A stretch of DNA of 64,000 nucleotides from Eledone cirrhosa (taxonomy: Eukaryota): assembly GCA_964016885.1 (NCBI GenBank), contig OZ024740.1, positions 276,458,001-276,522,000 of the forward strand. The letters run 5' to 3'. Each line of letters opens with the position of its first letter. The first letter of the stretch is position 1. The notes under the pieces are model-generated. The model saw only the letters and a program-made list of their open reading frames with translations. It searched no databases and had not been told where the DNA came from. The position numbers and the translations under genes were made by a program. This document shows positions 41,174-55,689 of the stretch, piece after piece.

Positions 41174-41987
41174 TTATTTATATATATTAATTTATTAAAA
41201 TAACAGATTAAAGTTTAAGCAAAGAATTGCTGCTTTCACCCTTAAAGGAGAGAGAGGTATAGCACTTAGTCCCATTATATATAGGATTATTATTATCATC
41301 ATTAATTTTTTTAATTGTTTTATTTCACAAATGGTAAAAAGTAAATTCTACATTGATATATATATGTATATATATATATATATATATTTTTAAATATTAC
41401 TTGCTTTGCAATTTTTAACATTTTTCTCTTGCCATGTGATTTGTAAACTGGCTCATTATTCTGTGAGGTTAATGAGTGCATATTTAGATTTGTATATGTA
41501 AGTGTATGAGACTGGCAGTCATACTATCTCTGTGTGTGTATGTGAGGCATTCTGTCTCAGTGTATGTATGTGTATGTGAGTCATTCTGTCTCAGTGTATA
41601 TGTGTGTATGTGTATGAGAATATGCGGCATTCTATCTCAGTGTATATGTGTGTATGTGTAAGTGTAAGAGTGTGAGAGACATACTATCTGTGTGTATGTG
41701 TGTGAGAGGCATACTATCTCTGTGTATGAGTGTGAGAGGCATACTATCTCTGTATGTGTGTGTGTATGTGAATGTGAGGCATTCTATCTCAGTGTATATG
41801 TGTGTATGTGTATGAGAGGCAAATTATCTCAGTATATATGTGTATGCAAGGCATACTATCGCAGTGTGTATGTGGGTGGGGACTTTTTGTACATATTTTA
41901 TAAGTGTGTGTGTGTAGTAGTCTATATATTGGTGTGTTTATGTTAGTGGTGGGCCTGAATATGTGTGTGTGTACATTGCAAATTTCT

Positions 41988-42213
41988 TTAACCCTTTAGC
42001 ATTTACATTACTCTATATATACTATTGTATTTTCATGGTAAAGGCTTTATCTTACATAATTATCTCACATAATATTGAATCTATAAGATTTTGATATTTA
42101 TTTTGAGAACAATACCTTAACATAAGTATGAGTGGTCAATTATGGCTGGTTTGGACAGAAAGCGGTTAGAGAATCCTGGCTGGATATGGCCGGTTTAAAT
42201 GATAAAGGGTTAA
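41988..42213. mobile_element. piggyBac-type MITE
   Basis: TTAA-CCCTTTAGCATTTA … TAAATGATAAAGGG-TTAA. Confidence 0.85.
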
Positions 42214-42442
42214 ACACAAGTGGACTGTGATTCCCATCAGCTATACATTACATATCTGATGTGTTTTCACATATATGTGTGTGTGTATGTGTTTGTTTAA
42301 ACAAAGATATTATAATTGATTGGACATTTCTATGTTGTGAGTTTTTTTGTTGTTGTTGTTGTCTAAATGTACATTCTTACAACTTTCTGATATCAAAGCA
42401 TTTGTATATATTTCTGTACATATGAATGTATGTATGTTAAAT

Positions 42443-42632
42443 AGTTGTTTCTACTTTTGGCACAAGGCCAGCAAATACCAAGTGTATTACTGGTACTTTA
42501 TTTTATCGACCCCGTAAGGATGAAAGGCAAAGTTAACCTCGGCAGGATTTGAACTAAGAATGGTAAGGGTCGTAACTCAATGCGTCAAAGCATGGCGTCC
42601 GACTCTCTACCGATACTGCCTATCCACCGCCC
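42443..42632 (-). mobile_element. MetaSINE-like full copy
   Basis: Reverse complement of the 54381-54570 family. Confidence 0.82.
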
Positions 42633-42741
42633 TATGTATGTTAAATAATGTTATATTATATATATATATGTATGTATGTGTGTGTGTGTGTGTACTTTTT
42701 TTAAAATATATATATATATACACACATCTATGGATTGCATC

Positions 42742-42788
<47 letters not shown>

Positions 42789-42845
42789 GTATGCATCGCA
42801 TATGCGTGCACACAAATACACACAAGCACACACACATATATATAA

Positions 42846-42905
<60 letters not shown>

Positions 42906-43254
42906 GTATGTCTGTGTTTAAAGAAAATATATCATAATGGATAAGAGGATGTTTGTACTTTATTTTGTGAATGTGTATGTGTGTGTCTATACTTAGGTAA
43001 CATTAAACTTTTATATTCTGAATATAGGAAGTGATAAAACTAACCATAATGAAAATTTATATTTGCTTCATATGTCTTTTGTTGCTTGCTTCTGTTTTCT
43101 TCCTTACACCACTACCCTGCATATTCTTTTTTTTTTAATTAATATTTTTGTATTCTTTGCTTTCTTTGTAATGTTTGAGATTTTTTCTCTGGTTGTTTTG
43201 TTTTGCGATATATTCTCTCTTACCACTAACAATAACCACAGACACTACAGTCAC

Positions 43255-43575
43255 TTCTACCACCATAATCACAACAACAACCACAATTACCACTACTAAT
43301 ACAATCACAACAAAAACCACAATTACCACTACTAATACAATCACAACAAAAACCACAATTACCACTACTAATACAGTCACCACTACCACCACAATCACAA
43401 CAAAAACCACAATTACCACTACTAATACAGTCACCACTACCACCACAATCACAACAAAAACCACAATTACCACTACTAATACAATCACCACTACCACCAC
43501 AATCACCACCACTACCACAATCACAACAACAACAATCACCACTACCATCACAACCACCACAATCACCACTCCTGC
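43255..43575. repeat. 33/45-bp ACC/ACA minisatellite
   Basis: Repeated ACAATCACAACAAAAACCACAATTACCACTACTAAT. Confidence 0.9.
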
Positions 43576-44121
43576 CACCATTTCTTTTAATGAAGTAATT
43601 CAATATATTTAGTTCCAGTATAGTCAGAAAAAAATATGAAAAAAGAAAACCAACACATTAACAACAACATTAACAATAACAACAACAACAACATTAACAA
43701 TAACAGCAATAACAACAACAACAATGAGAGCAAGTACAATAGTATAACCAGATATCCTCAACAAAAACTACACTAACAACAACAACAACAACAGCAATAA
43801 GGCCAAGGGGAAATACAAAAGTATAACTTAAACATCCAGATCAACAACAACAATAACAAACAAATTTATTATTTTATTTGGTGTATTCTTTTAATTCAAT
43901 TGTTTATTCTTGGATTTGATATTTCTGGTCTTCATTATTGTTGATATTGTTGTTGTTGATGTTGTTAGCATTAGCTGTGGTTTTTGGTATTGGTGGTAGC
44001 GGTGGTGGATGTAGCGGAAGTTTGTGTTTGGGAAGAGTTAAAACAGGAAGTTGTAGAGAGGTTTACTGCTCCGTCTATACACCGAGATCACCCAAGAAAG
44101 TTTGTTCACACCAATTTAAAC

Positions 44122-44152
<31 letters not shown>

Positions 44153-44828
44153 TTATTTTGAATTCCAATTGTTTTATTTTTGCACCGAATGACTCTTTAT
44201 AGATTTTCTATTTGGCTATAATAACAATATAGTGGAGGTGTGTGGCCTAGTGGTAAGGGTGTTGGATTTACAAACATAATATCATGGGTTCAATTCTCGG
44301 ATTGGGTTGTGTGCTGTGTTCTTGAGCAAAACACTTCATTTCACGTTGCTCCATTATACTCAGCTGAAAATGAGTACCAGCAGTAGCTGGGAGGGTTACC
44401 TTGCAGTGACTGGTGTCCTGTCCAGGGAAGAGTCTTGTAATTTTAGTCACTTAACACCATGGAAACCAGGATAAGCATCAGCTTGGTTAGCCTCCAAGCT
44501 TAAGACAGACATTTTAATACCAACAACAACAACAATAATGTCTAAATTAGGCACAAGGCCAGGAATTTGTGAGAAGGGGAAAATTGATTGTATTGATCTC
44601 CATACTTTATTTGTACTTTATTTTTCTGACCCCATCTGGATGAAAGGCAATGTTGACCTTGATGAGATTTGAAACCAGAATGGAGCAGGTCATATAATTT
44701 AACAATAACATTATTATTGATAATATTAATAGGCTGGTAGACTGGTAATATCAGTAGAGCATTGGACAACATGTGTTGTGGCATAATTACAGCCCTTTAT
44801 CTTCTGAGTTTAAATCCCACCAATGTTA

Positions 44829-45028
44829 NNNNNNNNNNNNNNNNNNNNNNNNNNNNNNNNNNNNNNNNNNNNNNNNNNNNNNNNNNNNNNNNNNNNNNNN
44901 NNNNNNNNNNNNNNNNNNNNNNNNNNNNNNNNNNNNNNNNNNNNNNNNNNNNNNNNNNNNNNNNNNNNNNNNNNNNNNNNNNNNNNNNNNNNNNNNNNNN
45001 NNNNNNNNNNNNNNNNNNNNNNNNNNNN
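44829..45028. other. Assembly gap (200 N)
   Basis: Run of N. Confidence 1.
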
Positions 45029-45218
45029 ATCGTTCTTGCTGGCGCGGGCGCGCACTCACACACACAGACACACATATGCAGGCAGTGAACATTTTTTTTT
45101 ATCAATGTGACATATACGCACACACGTACATACACACATTGTATGTATGTATATATATATATACACACAAGCATGTGCATCTAAATACATTTGTATGTGT
45201 TAGTCAGCCTCTCTCTCT

Positions 45219-45279
<61 letters not shown>

Positions 45280-46212
45280 CATGCAACTTAATACATTTGT
45301 CTGTCTCTCTCTCTCTCTGCCTGTCTCTCTCTTTCTGTCTGTCTCTCTCTCTACACATATATATATATACGCGTCTATAGACACACACACACATATACAC
45401 ACGCACACAGAGATACATGCGTTTTTATTTACAAACGAAGGATTACTCAATAAATCTCGTAAAGCTTATTGCAATTACACACACACAAGCGCGTGCGTGC
45501 GTGTGTGTGTGTGTGTGTCCATGTATTTATGAACATATACATGTATGTGTTTGTGTGCATGTACGTATATGCATATCCATGTCTATGTATGGGTAAGACT
45601 ATGTATATGTGTGTGTATGTTTATGTATGTGTATGAATGTGTGGGTGTCCGCGTGTATGTATGCATATATATGAATGTATGCGTATATACATGTATGTAT
45701 GCGTGTGACTGACTGCATGTATGTATGCATATACACGTATGTATGTATGTGTATAGTTGTATGTACGTATATATGTATGTGTGTATGCATGGGTGTGTGT
45801 GGGCGTTTGCATGTATGTATGTATATATGTCTGTGAAGACGCTGCAATCTTCATACGTATGTATGTATGGTATGTACGCATGTATGTATATATATATATG
45901 TGTGTATGTGTGTGTGTGTGTATTTGTGTGTGTATGTGTGTGTGTAGGTTGGCATTATTTAACAGACAACCTGCTGATAGTCTTCTGCTCTGCATCTGTC
46001 TGTTCTAGCTTGCAGAGCAAGCATATTTAGCTTTCATTTAAAAAAAAAATATTGTTTTGTTTTTTTCTGAATCACAATTTGTTTATTTATTGCTATTACA
46101 TCTTAAAGTGTCACAAATAAGCCATGTTTTTTTAGGGGTTAAGGGTGGGGCTTTCGGCTTGCTGGTATTGTTTTTCCTTGTCTCATATATTTGCAACAGG
46201 TGTGTGTGTGTG

Positions 46213-46274
<62 letters not shown>

Positions 46275-46308
46275 TATGTGTGTGTCTATGTATGTATGTA
46301 TGTGTGTG

Positions 46309-46359
<51 letters not shown>

Positions 46360-46363
<4 letters not shown>

Positions 46364-46701
46364 TCATCATCATTCATCATTTCATTTTTACATCTGCTTT
46401 TCCCTGCTTGCAAGGGTGGGACAGGAACTGATTCTGGCTTGATTTCTACAGCTGGATGCCCTTCCTAACACCGACCTCATTTACAGTGAGTGCTGGGTGC
46501 TTTTTTGCCGTGGCGCCTCCACGACCACTTTGCAGTGGAATGATAGGGACCCCAGTCCCTATCATCTCATTTCTACAGCTGAGTAAACTGGAGCAATGTG
46601 AAATAAAGTATCTTGCTCAAGGAAACAACACATCACCCGGTCAGATCTCACAACCTTTCGATTGCAAGGCCAATGCTCTAACCACTAAGCCATGTGCCTC
46701 C
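46360..46701 (-). mobile_element. Full-length CORE-like SINE
   Basis: Reverse complement of 10787-11130 with a small deletion. Confidence 0.85.
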
Positions 46702-47040
46702 ATATATGTATATATATATGTGTGTGTGTGTGTGTTTGTGTATGTGTGTTTGTGTGTGTATTTGTGCCTATGTTTACCTGTGTGTGTTGTGTTAATTTAT
46801 CTTAACATAGCGGTTCGACAAAAAGAGATCGAAAAATTGTCAATTTTGAAAAAAATAAATGCTGGGGTCAATATGGTGGACTAAATTCTCTTCAAGTCGA
46901 TGCCACAACATGTCCAGTAAGAAAATATAGAGAAAATAAAATGAATAGTAAATATTCTATTATGTCCAAAATCAATGCAAACCCATGAACATTCTTTAAA
47001 CTTTTATTTATTTTTTTTTTTTCTTTCTCTCTGTTTTCAG

Positions 47041-47181
47041 GCTTTGAACAAAAAGGAACACAAAGGCTGTGAAAGTCCTGAACCAGATCATGAGCAGTAC
47101 ATGCTGGGACCGCGCTCTGATGAGAAATACGGCCGCATCAACGAGGAATATGCAAGAGTCATGCAACAAAACTCCATACGC
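47041..47181 (+). CDS. MEF2: MEF2 coding exon following the MADS/MEF2 domain (equivalent to the vertebrate alpha exon)
   Basis: Poly-pyrimidine TTTTCAG acceptor ends at 47040 and a GTGAGT donor starts at 47182. The 141 nt, phase 0-0 exon encodes ALNKKEHKGCESPEPDHEQYMLGPRSDEKYGRINEEYARVMQQNSIR, which closely matches the MEF2 pattern ALNKKEHRGCDSPDPD...EEKYKKINEEF. Confidence 0.93.
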
Positions 47182-48085
47182 GTGAGTCAATTATGCTTTT
47201 GTATTATTACCTCCGAAGAAAGCTTGCTAAACACAGGGTCAGAAGTCAGAAGGATTCTTCAGTTATATCATAGACATGAAAACCTCCCTTGCACTAAAGA
47301 AGCTGTCATGTATTTGATGCAACTGAAGAGTCTTCCTGACACTTTTCTTGGTTGGGTGCCCTTCCTAACTCCAACCACTTTACAATGTGTACTGGGTGTG
47401 TTTATCATGTAGATCAAGACATGCCAACCTCTGTAGTGTTGGTGATCTAGATAATAAACATGCCCAGTACACCCTGTAATGTTTTTTTGAAATAGGATGG
47501 GTACCCAGCTGTAGCAAACCTACCAAACAAGGGGTTTGGAGGACTATTCGGCTGTGTCAAATACATGACAACCTCTCTAGTGTTGATTCCATGACAAAAT
47601 TCAGTCGGTAGAGCACAGAAATATATGTTAGCGAGATGTAGGCTTCTGGCTCATCTCAGAGGTCAGTCGATTCACTTGACTACTGATTTGGTGTGTAGAC
47701 TCATCCAATGCTTGCTAGCAGTGAAGACAGACATTAAATTAGGATGTTGATGATGATATTAGTTTTGAGGGCAGTGAATTGGCAAAATTGTTAGAGCTTT
47801 GAATAAAATGTGGTGTAGGATTCATTCCAGCTTTTTGCATTCTAAGTACAAACCCCTCTGAAATTAACTTTAACTTTCTCTCCCCACAAAATTGGTGTCC
47901 TTGTGTCTACATTAGAAACCACATTACATAATTTGTCTGGGTTATTGTTGTTCTTTTCTCATCATTGTTTTTCTTACAATAAAATTACTGTGTAAAATTT
48001 TAATCTAAATATAAACCCTTTAAAATGGAAAGTTAAGTATCATTGAAGCAGGGCCAGTCTTAGGTAGATAGGTTTCAAAACGGAT

Positions 48086-48301
48086 TTAACTCTTTAGTAT
48101 TTAAACTGGCCCTGTCCAGCCAGAATTCTCTCACCTCTTTCTGTTCAAACAGGCTGTAACTGGCCACTTATACTGATGTTAAGGTGTTGTTCTCAAAATG
48201 AATAATATCAAAATCTCTTAGATTCAATATTATGTGAGATAAAGCCTTTACTGCAAAAATATAATAGTATATATAGAGTAATGTAAATGCTAAGGGGTTA
48301 A
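48086..48301. mobile_element. piggyBac-type MITE (orientation opposite to 41988 and 59967)
   Basis: TTAA-CTCTTTAGTATTTA … TAAATGCTAAGGGG-TTAA. Confidence 0.82.
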
Positions 48302-49630
48302 TAACTGAGCAATCAAGCCCTTTTCTGTATGCATTATAGGAGTTCCATATGGTAGTAGATTGGCACCAAACAGATTGTGTTATGATATTTTTTCTTGCTT
48401 TCTGTGTTCTGAGTTGAAATCCTAATGAGGTCAACTTGACCTTTCATCCTTTTGGGGTTGTTAAATAAGGTACCAGCTAAAAGTTGGATTAGTCATTATA
48501 TGAAATAAGCACATGCTTAGGGTATCAAGTGATGAGTTGCACCACTTTATTCAAATTAATTCTATTTGTCATCCCGCTAAAAAGTATTTTTACAGACTTT
48601 ATAATTAGGGGTTGCCATAATCTTCAAAAGGCTTTAATCCAATTCTGGCTCTAACTGGTACAACCTCAATGTTCTGCTGGGTCAAGGATTTCAAGATGGC
48701 ACTTACTGATAACAATTCCTCTATAATTGCAAGGGAAGACTGTAGTTGGTTATGTATAGGAAGTGCTGGATTTAGGGAAAATGAGGTCCTATGCTAGTTA
48801 AGTAATGAGGTCCTTTACTTGGGCCCTGAAGGAGGTAAAAAATTGTTTGGCAGGAAAAATGCCCCTTTGGTCAACGGGGCCCTGTGCTTAAACACACCCA
48901 AGCACGATGGTAAATCTGACACTGGGTATAGGAATTGCAAAACTGATAGAAAAATCAGCTAAATGCCTTTCTGCATTTAATTATTTCCTTATGCACACTG
49001 CCAGTTCCAAATTTGCCTTCCTTTTGGCAGTCCCAAATTTGCTTTCCTTTTCCCTGATATCAATAAAATAAGCTGCATGTTTATCTGAACCCATCAGATT
49101 TGTGGTCCTGTGTCAACCTATGAAATTATCATCACTAATTCTTTATTACATTTTTTTTAGTTCTACAGAATAATAGTTAAGTTTTAAGATGGCCAAACTA
49201 AAATCTAGTTTTAATTTCATGGTTTAGGCATGTGTATTGAGAAACATTTCTAAACAGCACTAAATCTCATTTTAATCTACCCTATGTAAAAATGTGGCCT
49301 ACTTACTGTCTTCCAAATAAGGGAGGCTCTATATAGTAGATCACCGTGCTAGAAATAACAGCCAAATCTCCATAAAATCACACCTCTTCATCTTAAAAGG
49401 GATGACACATTAGATGTCGTAGATAGATAAATTATGCAAAGTTTAGAATGACTTTGCTTGTTGGAGTGCTTAATAAGGACTGACTTGGAACTAGACAATA
49501 ACAACAGCAATAATTATTTACAAGCTAATGAGTGGCTTTGCAAGGTGAATTGACCTACTAGCCAGCAAATCTCTGTCAAATAACACCCTACTACTGATGG
49601 AAGGAAAGAGACATTAAACTCTGTTAAGTT

Positions 49631-49705
<75 letters not shown>

Positions 49706-49961
49706 GTATGTATATATATGTGTGTATGTATAAGTGTATATACATATATATATATGTATGTATATATATATATGTGTGTATGTATAAGTGTATATACATA
49801 TACATATATGTATATATATATACACACATATATATATGTATATACACTTATACATACACACATATATATATATATATATATGTGTGTATGTATATATATG
49901 TACATGTATATTTACTGCAAGTTGTGTTGGGGTAAACGGTTCCAGGCCAGTAGAAGTCATT

Positions 49962-50002
<41 letters not shown>

Positions 50003-50602
50003 TTAGTTTCAAAAGATCCCGTTAAGGGTAAAAGCAGCAATTCTTTGCTTAAACTTTAATCTGTTCTTATAATAAATATTTGCTCTACAGGTTTATATAT
50101 ACTTTATATATATATAATCCTTATCGAGCCCTCTTCAGATTTTAGTCTTCACATTTATTATTACTATATATATATATTTGAGATATGGCACACAACTCAT
50201 AAGGAGTAGAGGCACACATGATACTCCTAGTGCTAACTTTTTATTTTGGCTCACTTCTAGACTTTTCTTTTTAAAGAATTTATTATACGTTTTCTTCCTA
50301 CCCATGATACTCCATTCCTGATGTTAAAATAGTCAGATATCATCTCTTACTCGGCAGCTATTCTCTCTTATCTCTTTTACACACACAAAACTACACATGA
50401 GTACATATATATAAGCATGTATACATATACAGACAAGCATAAACATAAATTTTAATATAAATATGTATTTCTAAACTCACTCACACACACATATATATAT
50501 GTTTGTATGTATGTATATATATATATATATAAATTTATATTATATATGTGTGTGTATATATATATATATACATATATATGTATATATAATTATATTATAT
50601 GT

Positions 50603-50839
<237 letters not shown>

Positions 50840-51514
50840 CCTAACTTGTCCCATGGACTGAGTGCTCTACCACTACGGATATTACCTTCCAGTGTTCTAC
50901 CACTATATATATATAGACTGGCATGCACATGCCAGTCTAATACAAACTAATGCCTTTAGTGGTGTACACTATATTGCAAGAAATAGGACTAAGTTCCAGG
51001 TCTGAGAATAACTTACTGCTTTACTATTACAATCCCATATACCCTGAAAAGGATTACGAGTGTGGGTAGGTGATGCACTCTTTCTTCTCTGAATAAGCTA
51101 TTTAAAAAACAAAGAAAGTTGCTCTGGCTACAGTGGTAGTGGTGTTGTTTTTTGTAAAGTTGTCCTATTAATTTTTACTGAATCTAACAGACCTTATCCA
51201 ACCATTCTTTTCATTTCTTTAGAGATTGTAAAATGAAATAAGTAGTAAGAGATATACTGGGCTTGATTCAATTGTATATGCCTCTTTCCTCTCCCTAACA
51301 AATCTGTGGCCTTGTGCCAATGTAAGAGAAAAAATGCTATTGTAATGCAGTAAAATGACATAAGAGATAACTTGTCAGACTAAAAGCTGTACAGTATTTA
51401 GTTTTATTGTTGGTTATGTAAATGCATTGTGTCATTTTATGAGATGTTGATGGTGTAGAAAGTATGTGCTGTGATTATTGTTGCTATTGTAAATTAATGA
51501 ATGAATTAACCAAT

Positions 51515-51706
51515 TACTGTATATACTCGAATATAAGCCAACACCTCTATTTTATGTCTGACAAATAGTTGAAAATCCAAATCTTGTTTATAAACCAAGG
51601 CAGCTAATCTACTCATTGTTTAGATGGTGTATATAAACAAACCTCCCATTTTACCCTCAATTTTTTGGTCACATAATCCTTGGCATATATTCGAGTATAT
51701 ATGGTA
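51515..51706. mobile_element. pogo/Tc1-mariner-type MITE (same family as 31482, opposite orientation)
   Basis: TA-CTGTATATACTCGAATATAAGCCA … TGGCATATATTCGAGTATATATGG-TA. Confidence 0.82.
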
Positions 51707-51952
51707 TTTAAACGAAAACAATGGATTAGCAGAATCATTAGAGTGCCAGATGAAATGTCTTGTATTTGTTCTGTCTTTAAACCTTTTGAGATCAAATCCT
51801 GCTTAGGTTTACTTAGTCTTTCATCTGTCTGAGGTTGGTAAAATATAGTACCAGTCAAATATTGGAGTAAATATAATTGAATGTCCTCCCTCTCACCAAT
51901 TGCTGACCTTATACTCATATTAAAATGAATTATTATTATGATAGTCTCTTTG

Positions 51953-52078
51953 CGGTCTGAGTTCAAATCCTGCTGAGGTTAATTTTGCCTTTCATCCTTA
52001 CGGGGTCGATAAAATAAAGTACCAGTAATGCACTGGGATAATTGCTGGCCTTGTGCCAAAAGTAGAAACAATTATTAT
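51953..52078 (+). mobile_element. MetaSINE-like partial copy
   Basis: B box, central domain and tail. Confidence 0.8.
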
Positions 52079-52561
52079 GATATTTGCTGCTTTTATGTGT
52101 TTGTGTGTGTGAGTGTATATATATATGACTGACTAATCACACTTGTGCTTTTCTCCTGAAAAATATTTGTTTCGTTTATTTTTCTATCTTTCATCCTATT
52201 TTCTGATAAAGGACCAACATCCGAAACATTAAGACTTTTTTCCTACTATATCAAGCGTTAAACTTATATATATATATATATGTGTGAGAAAAACCACAAA
52301 CCCTCCATCTCAATTCTACTTTTGAAAAGCAGAAGAACTGCGAAACCGGTAAAGGAACTAAATAAATATATATTTTTTTTAAAAAAGACTCCAGTTGCAT
52401 TTTCGATTTCATCTTTTTTCCTTATACTTTCACTCGTGTAGGACACCTCATTTTTTTTTCATTTTGTAAAAAAAAAAACCTCACTTTCTAATATACTGTA
52501 TTGTTTTCCTGTGCTGTTTTTCCTTCCTGACGTTTCACATATATATTATTATTATTTTCAG

Positions 52562-52745
52562 GCAAGTATGCAGCAGTACCCAAATGTGTCGATGCCTGTC
52601 AGTGTACCTCTACATAACCCTGGCTACATGGTCCAGTCTCCGATCACTTCATCACTGGCTCAAAATTCATCTATTAGTAGTACAACAGGTCTGCTTCAAC
52701 CACATGGGGTTGGACCCAGTGTCAGTCCAAGACCAAATTCCACTG
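52562..52745 (+). CDS. MEF2: MEF2 coding exon (transactivation region, ASMQQYPNVSMPVSVP...PSVSPRPNST)
   Basis: TTTTCAG acceptor and G|GTCAGT donor; 184 nt, phase 0-1, in frame with the previous exon. It contains the MEF2-typical MPVSVP and SVSPRP.S.G motifs. Confidence 0.88.
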
Positions 52746-54147
52746 GTCAGTACCCTTTAAACTATATCATTCTATTTAGTATTTGTTTGAAATCCCATTT
52801 TAACCCTTTCAATACCAAACCACCATGAAGTAGGGTGGCTGTTGCAGCAGGTGTCTCTGGCCATTCTCTGCAATAAGGCTTTGCAGCTGTGACACCGCTC
52901 AGACTGGAGTATAATAACTGCCCCTCCCCTCTCTGTTTCTTCTGTTGCTTGATCCTTATTTCTTTTTTCTTCCCTCGGTACAATTGGGTTATAATTGATG
53001 AAGCAATATTAGTTTTATCTTTTAATCTATTCTGGTTCTTAAAATATTCACCAGCCTGATTTTATCGTTGCTTCTACAATACGAAACCATTTTTTTTTTA
53101 AGTGCTTAAATCTATTGAAAAATCTTCCATTGTAATTCTATGTAAGAAACTTTGTTAAGCTAAATTCAAAGCATTTAATTAATTATGAGAAAGGTAGTTA
53201 TATTACTAAATCCTTTCAAACGCTTTATTATTTTCAAAAATGATGTTTATACATTGTACAGTTGGAGCAGGGGACTAATCTATATCCATATAGATGTACT
53301 TAGTATAGGGGGGAGGGGGATTTGGGGGGTTGAATATCCATGTTAATGGGATCTTTTTATTCTAGTCAAAGACATGAGAAACTCTCTAGTGCTAGTGTTG
53401 TGATAAAAGGCACCCAGTATATTGTATGAAGTAGCTGGTGTTAGAAAAGCCATCCAGCTGTTGAAATCATGCCAAAAATGGAATGTATAGGCAAAACATG
53501 GTTCTCTGATATATTGAAGAGGGTAGTAACTGATTTGAACCGTGACAACCCATCTAAGGTATACCTGTATGGAAAGCAAAAATAAAATGATGATAAGGAG
53601 GATAGCAATTACACAGTTTGGGATTCATTCCTACTGCATAGTACATTGGTCAAGAGTTTTGTACAACAGCCTTGCATTGATCAATGACTTCTGAGTGAAT
53701 TTTTCTAGATGAAAACTGCAAGGAAGCTTGTTGTATGTGTATATGTTTGAGTGTGTGTACTGAGATGTTGTTTGTTTATGTCCTTAGAAGTTAAATAAAT
53801 AATTACTGTGATCGATATAATTGACTAAACCTTTGAAGACAGTGTCCCAGCATAGCCACAGTCTAATGACTGAAACTAGTAAAAGAATAATAGAATAAAA
53901 GAATTTTCTTACAAAAGATATCTTAATAATGGTTTCTGATTTAGGCACAAGAACAACTATTTTGGTGGAGGAGAAAGTTAATTAAATCAACACTAGTGCA
54001 TTACTGGTACTTTATTTTATCGACCCCTGTAACGATAAAAGGCAAGGCTAACCTCATATGATATCTTAGTAATGTAATAAGGTAGTTTATTTTACTAAAT
54101 ACAACTGCAATTTTTTTTTATTATTATTTTCAAAATGAAAATAATGA

Positions 54148-54570
54148 GGGCGGTGGTTTGGTAGTGTTGGTAGAGCGTCGGACAGCTTGCTTTGTGGCAT
54201 ATAGTTACGGTCCTTTACATTCTGAGTTCAAATCCCGCCGAGGTTAGCTTCGCTGTTCATCCTCTCTGGGTCGATAAAATAAAGTACCAGTAATGCACTG
54301 GGGTCAATTATGACTTTCCCCTCCCTTCAAATTGTTGGCTTTGTGCCTAAATCAGAAACCATTATTATTTTCAATATTTTAGGGCAGTGGATTGGCAGTA
54401 TCGGTAGAGGGTCAGACGCCAAGCATAAAGTTACGGCCCTTGCCATTCTGAGTTCAAATCCCACCGAAGTTAACTTTGCCTTTCATCCTTACGGGGGTCG
54501 ATAAAATAAAGTACCAGTAATACACTGGGATAATTGCTGGCCTTGTGCCAAAAGTAGAAACAATTATTAT
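54148..54570 (+). mobile_element. Two tandem MetaSINE-like copies
   Basis: 54148-54368 and 54381-54570, each with head, B box, central domain and (ATT)n tail. An inverted partial copy lies at 53926-54055. Confidence 0.82.
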
Positions 54571-54919
54571 TTTCAAAATGTATTGAAACACACAAACAGT
54601 GTAATTAATTAGAAATATGTTAAATAATTAGAAACATTTTAATGGCCCAGTCAGTGAATTTCAGTGTTAAGTCACTAACACATCAATAGAGAGATGACTT
54701 TGTTGTTTTGTTTCTTTTGGTGATTTTCATTGTAATTGAAGAAGTCTATCTTTTCTGATGTGACTTCCATAACATTCAGTTAATGACCCATCAAATCTTC
54801 CTCCTCCTCCTCTATCTCTTAAACTTATCCTCTTCTCCCTCCACTTTTTATTCCTCCCTCTACTGATGCTACTACTGCCATTGCTACACTACCACCGCTA
54901 ACACCACCACCACTATTAT

Positions 54920-54954
<35 letters not shown>

Positions 54955-55460
54955 ACAACACCACCACCACCACCACTACTACCACCACCACCACCACCAC
55001 CACCACCACCACTACTACCACCACCACCACCACCACCACCACCACCACCACCACTACTACTAATACCACCACCACCACCACCACCACTACTATGCCTCCA
55101 TTGATCATCAAGTTGGATCTATATTTCACTGGTCTGTTTCCTCTCTTTCATCTCATTGGAATAAACTAAAAGGTTTAGTGTGTAGTGTGGTGGGGGTATG
55201 GTGTGGTGTGGTTCAGGATAGCGTGGTGTAGTGCATAAGATAGCATGTAATGTGATATGTAGAGAGCACTGTAGTATTGTATAGCTTAATGGACTAGAGT
55301 GTCTGTGTCTGTAGTGGTGGTGGTGGTGGTGGTGGTAACATCAAGGTGCACCATAACGCAAGATGAAACTGCTCACAGCAGAAACATGTCGTCGATGTTG
55401 ACACAAGAATTAAATTGCTATCTTTCAAGGAAGACGATGATGATGTTGATGGTAGTAGAG

Positions 55461-55656
55461 ATAATAATTATTTCTACTTTTGGCACAAGGCCAGCAAATT
55501 ATCCCAGTACATTACTGGTACTTTATTTTATCGACCCCCGTAAGGATGAAAGGCAAAGTTAACCTCGGCGGGATTTGAACTCAGACCATAAAGGGCCGTA
55601 ACTCTATGCTGCAAACCATGGCGTCCGACCCTCTACCGATGCTGCCAATCCACCGC
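55461..55656 (-). mobile_element. MetaSINE-like full copy
   Basis: Reverse complement of 54381-54570. Confidence 0.82.
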
Positions 55657-55689
55657 TGTAGTAGAGATAATAATGACAATTGTAGTGGA

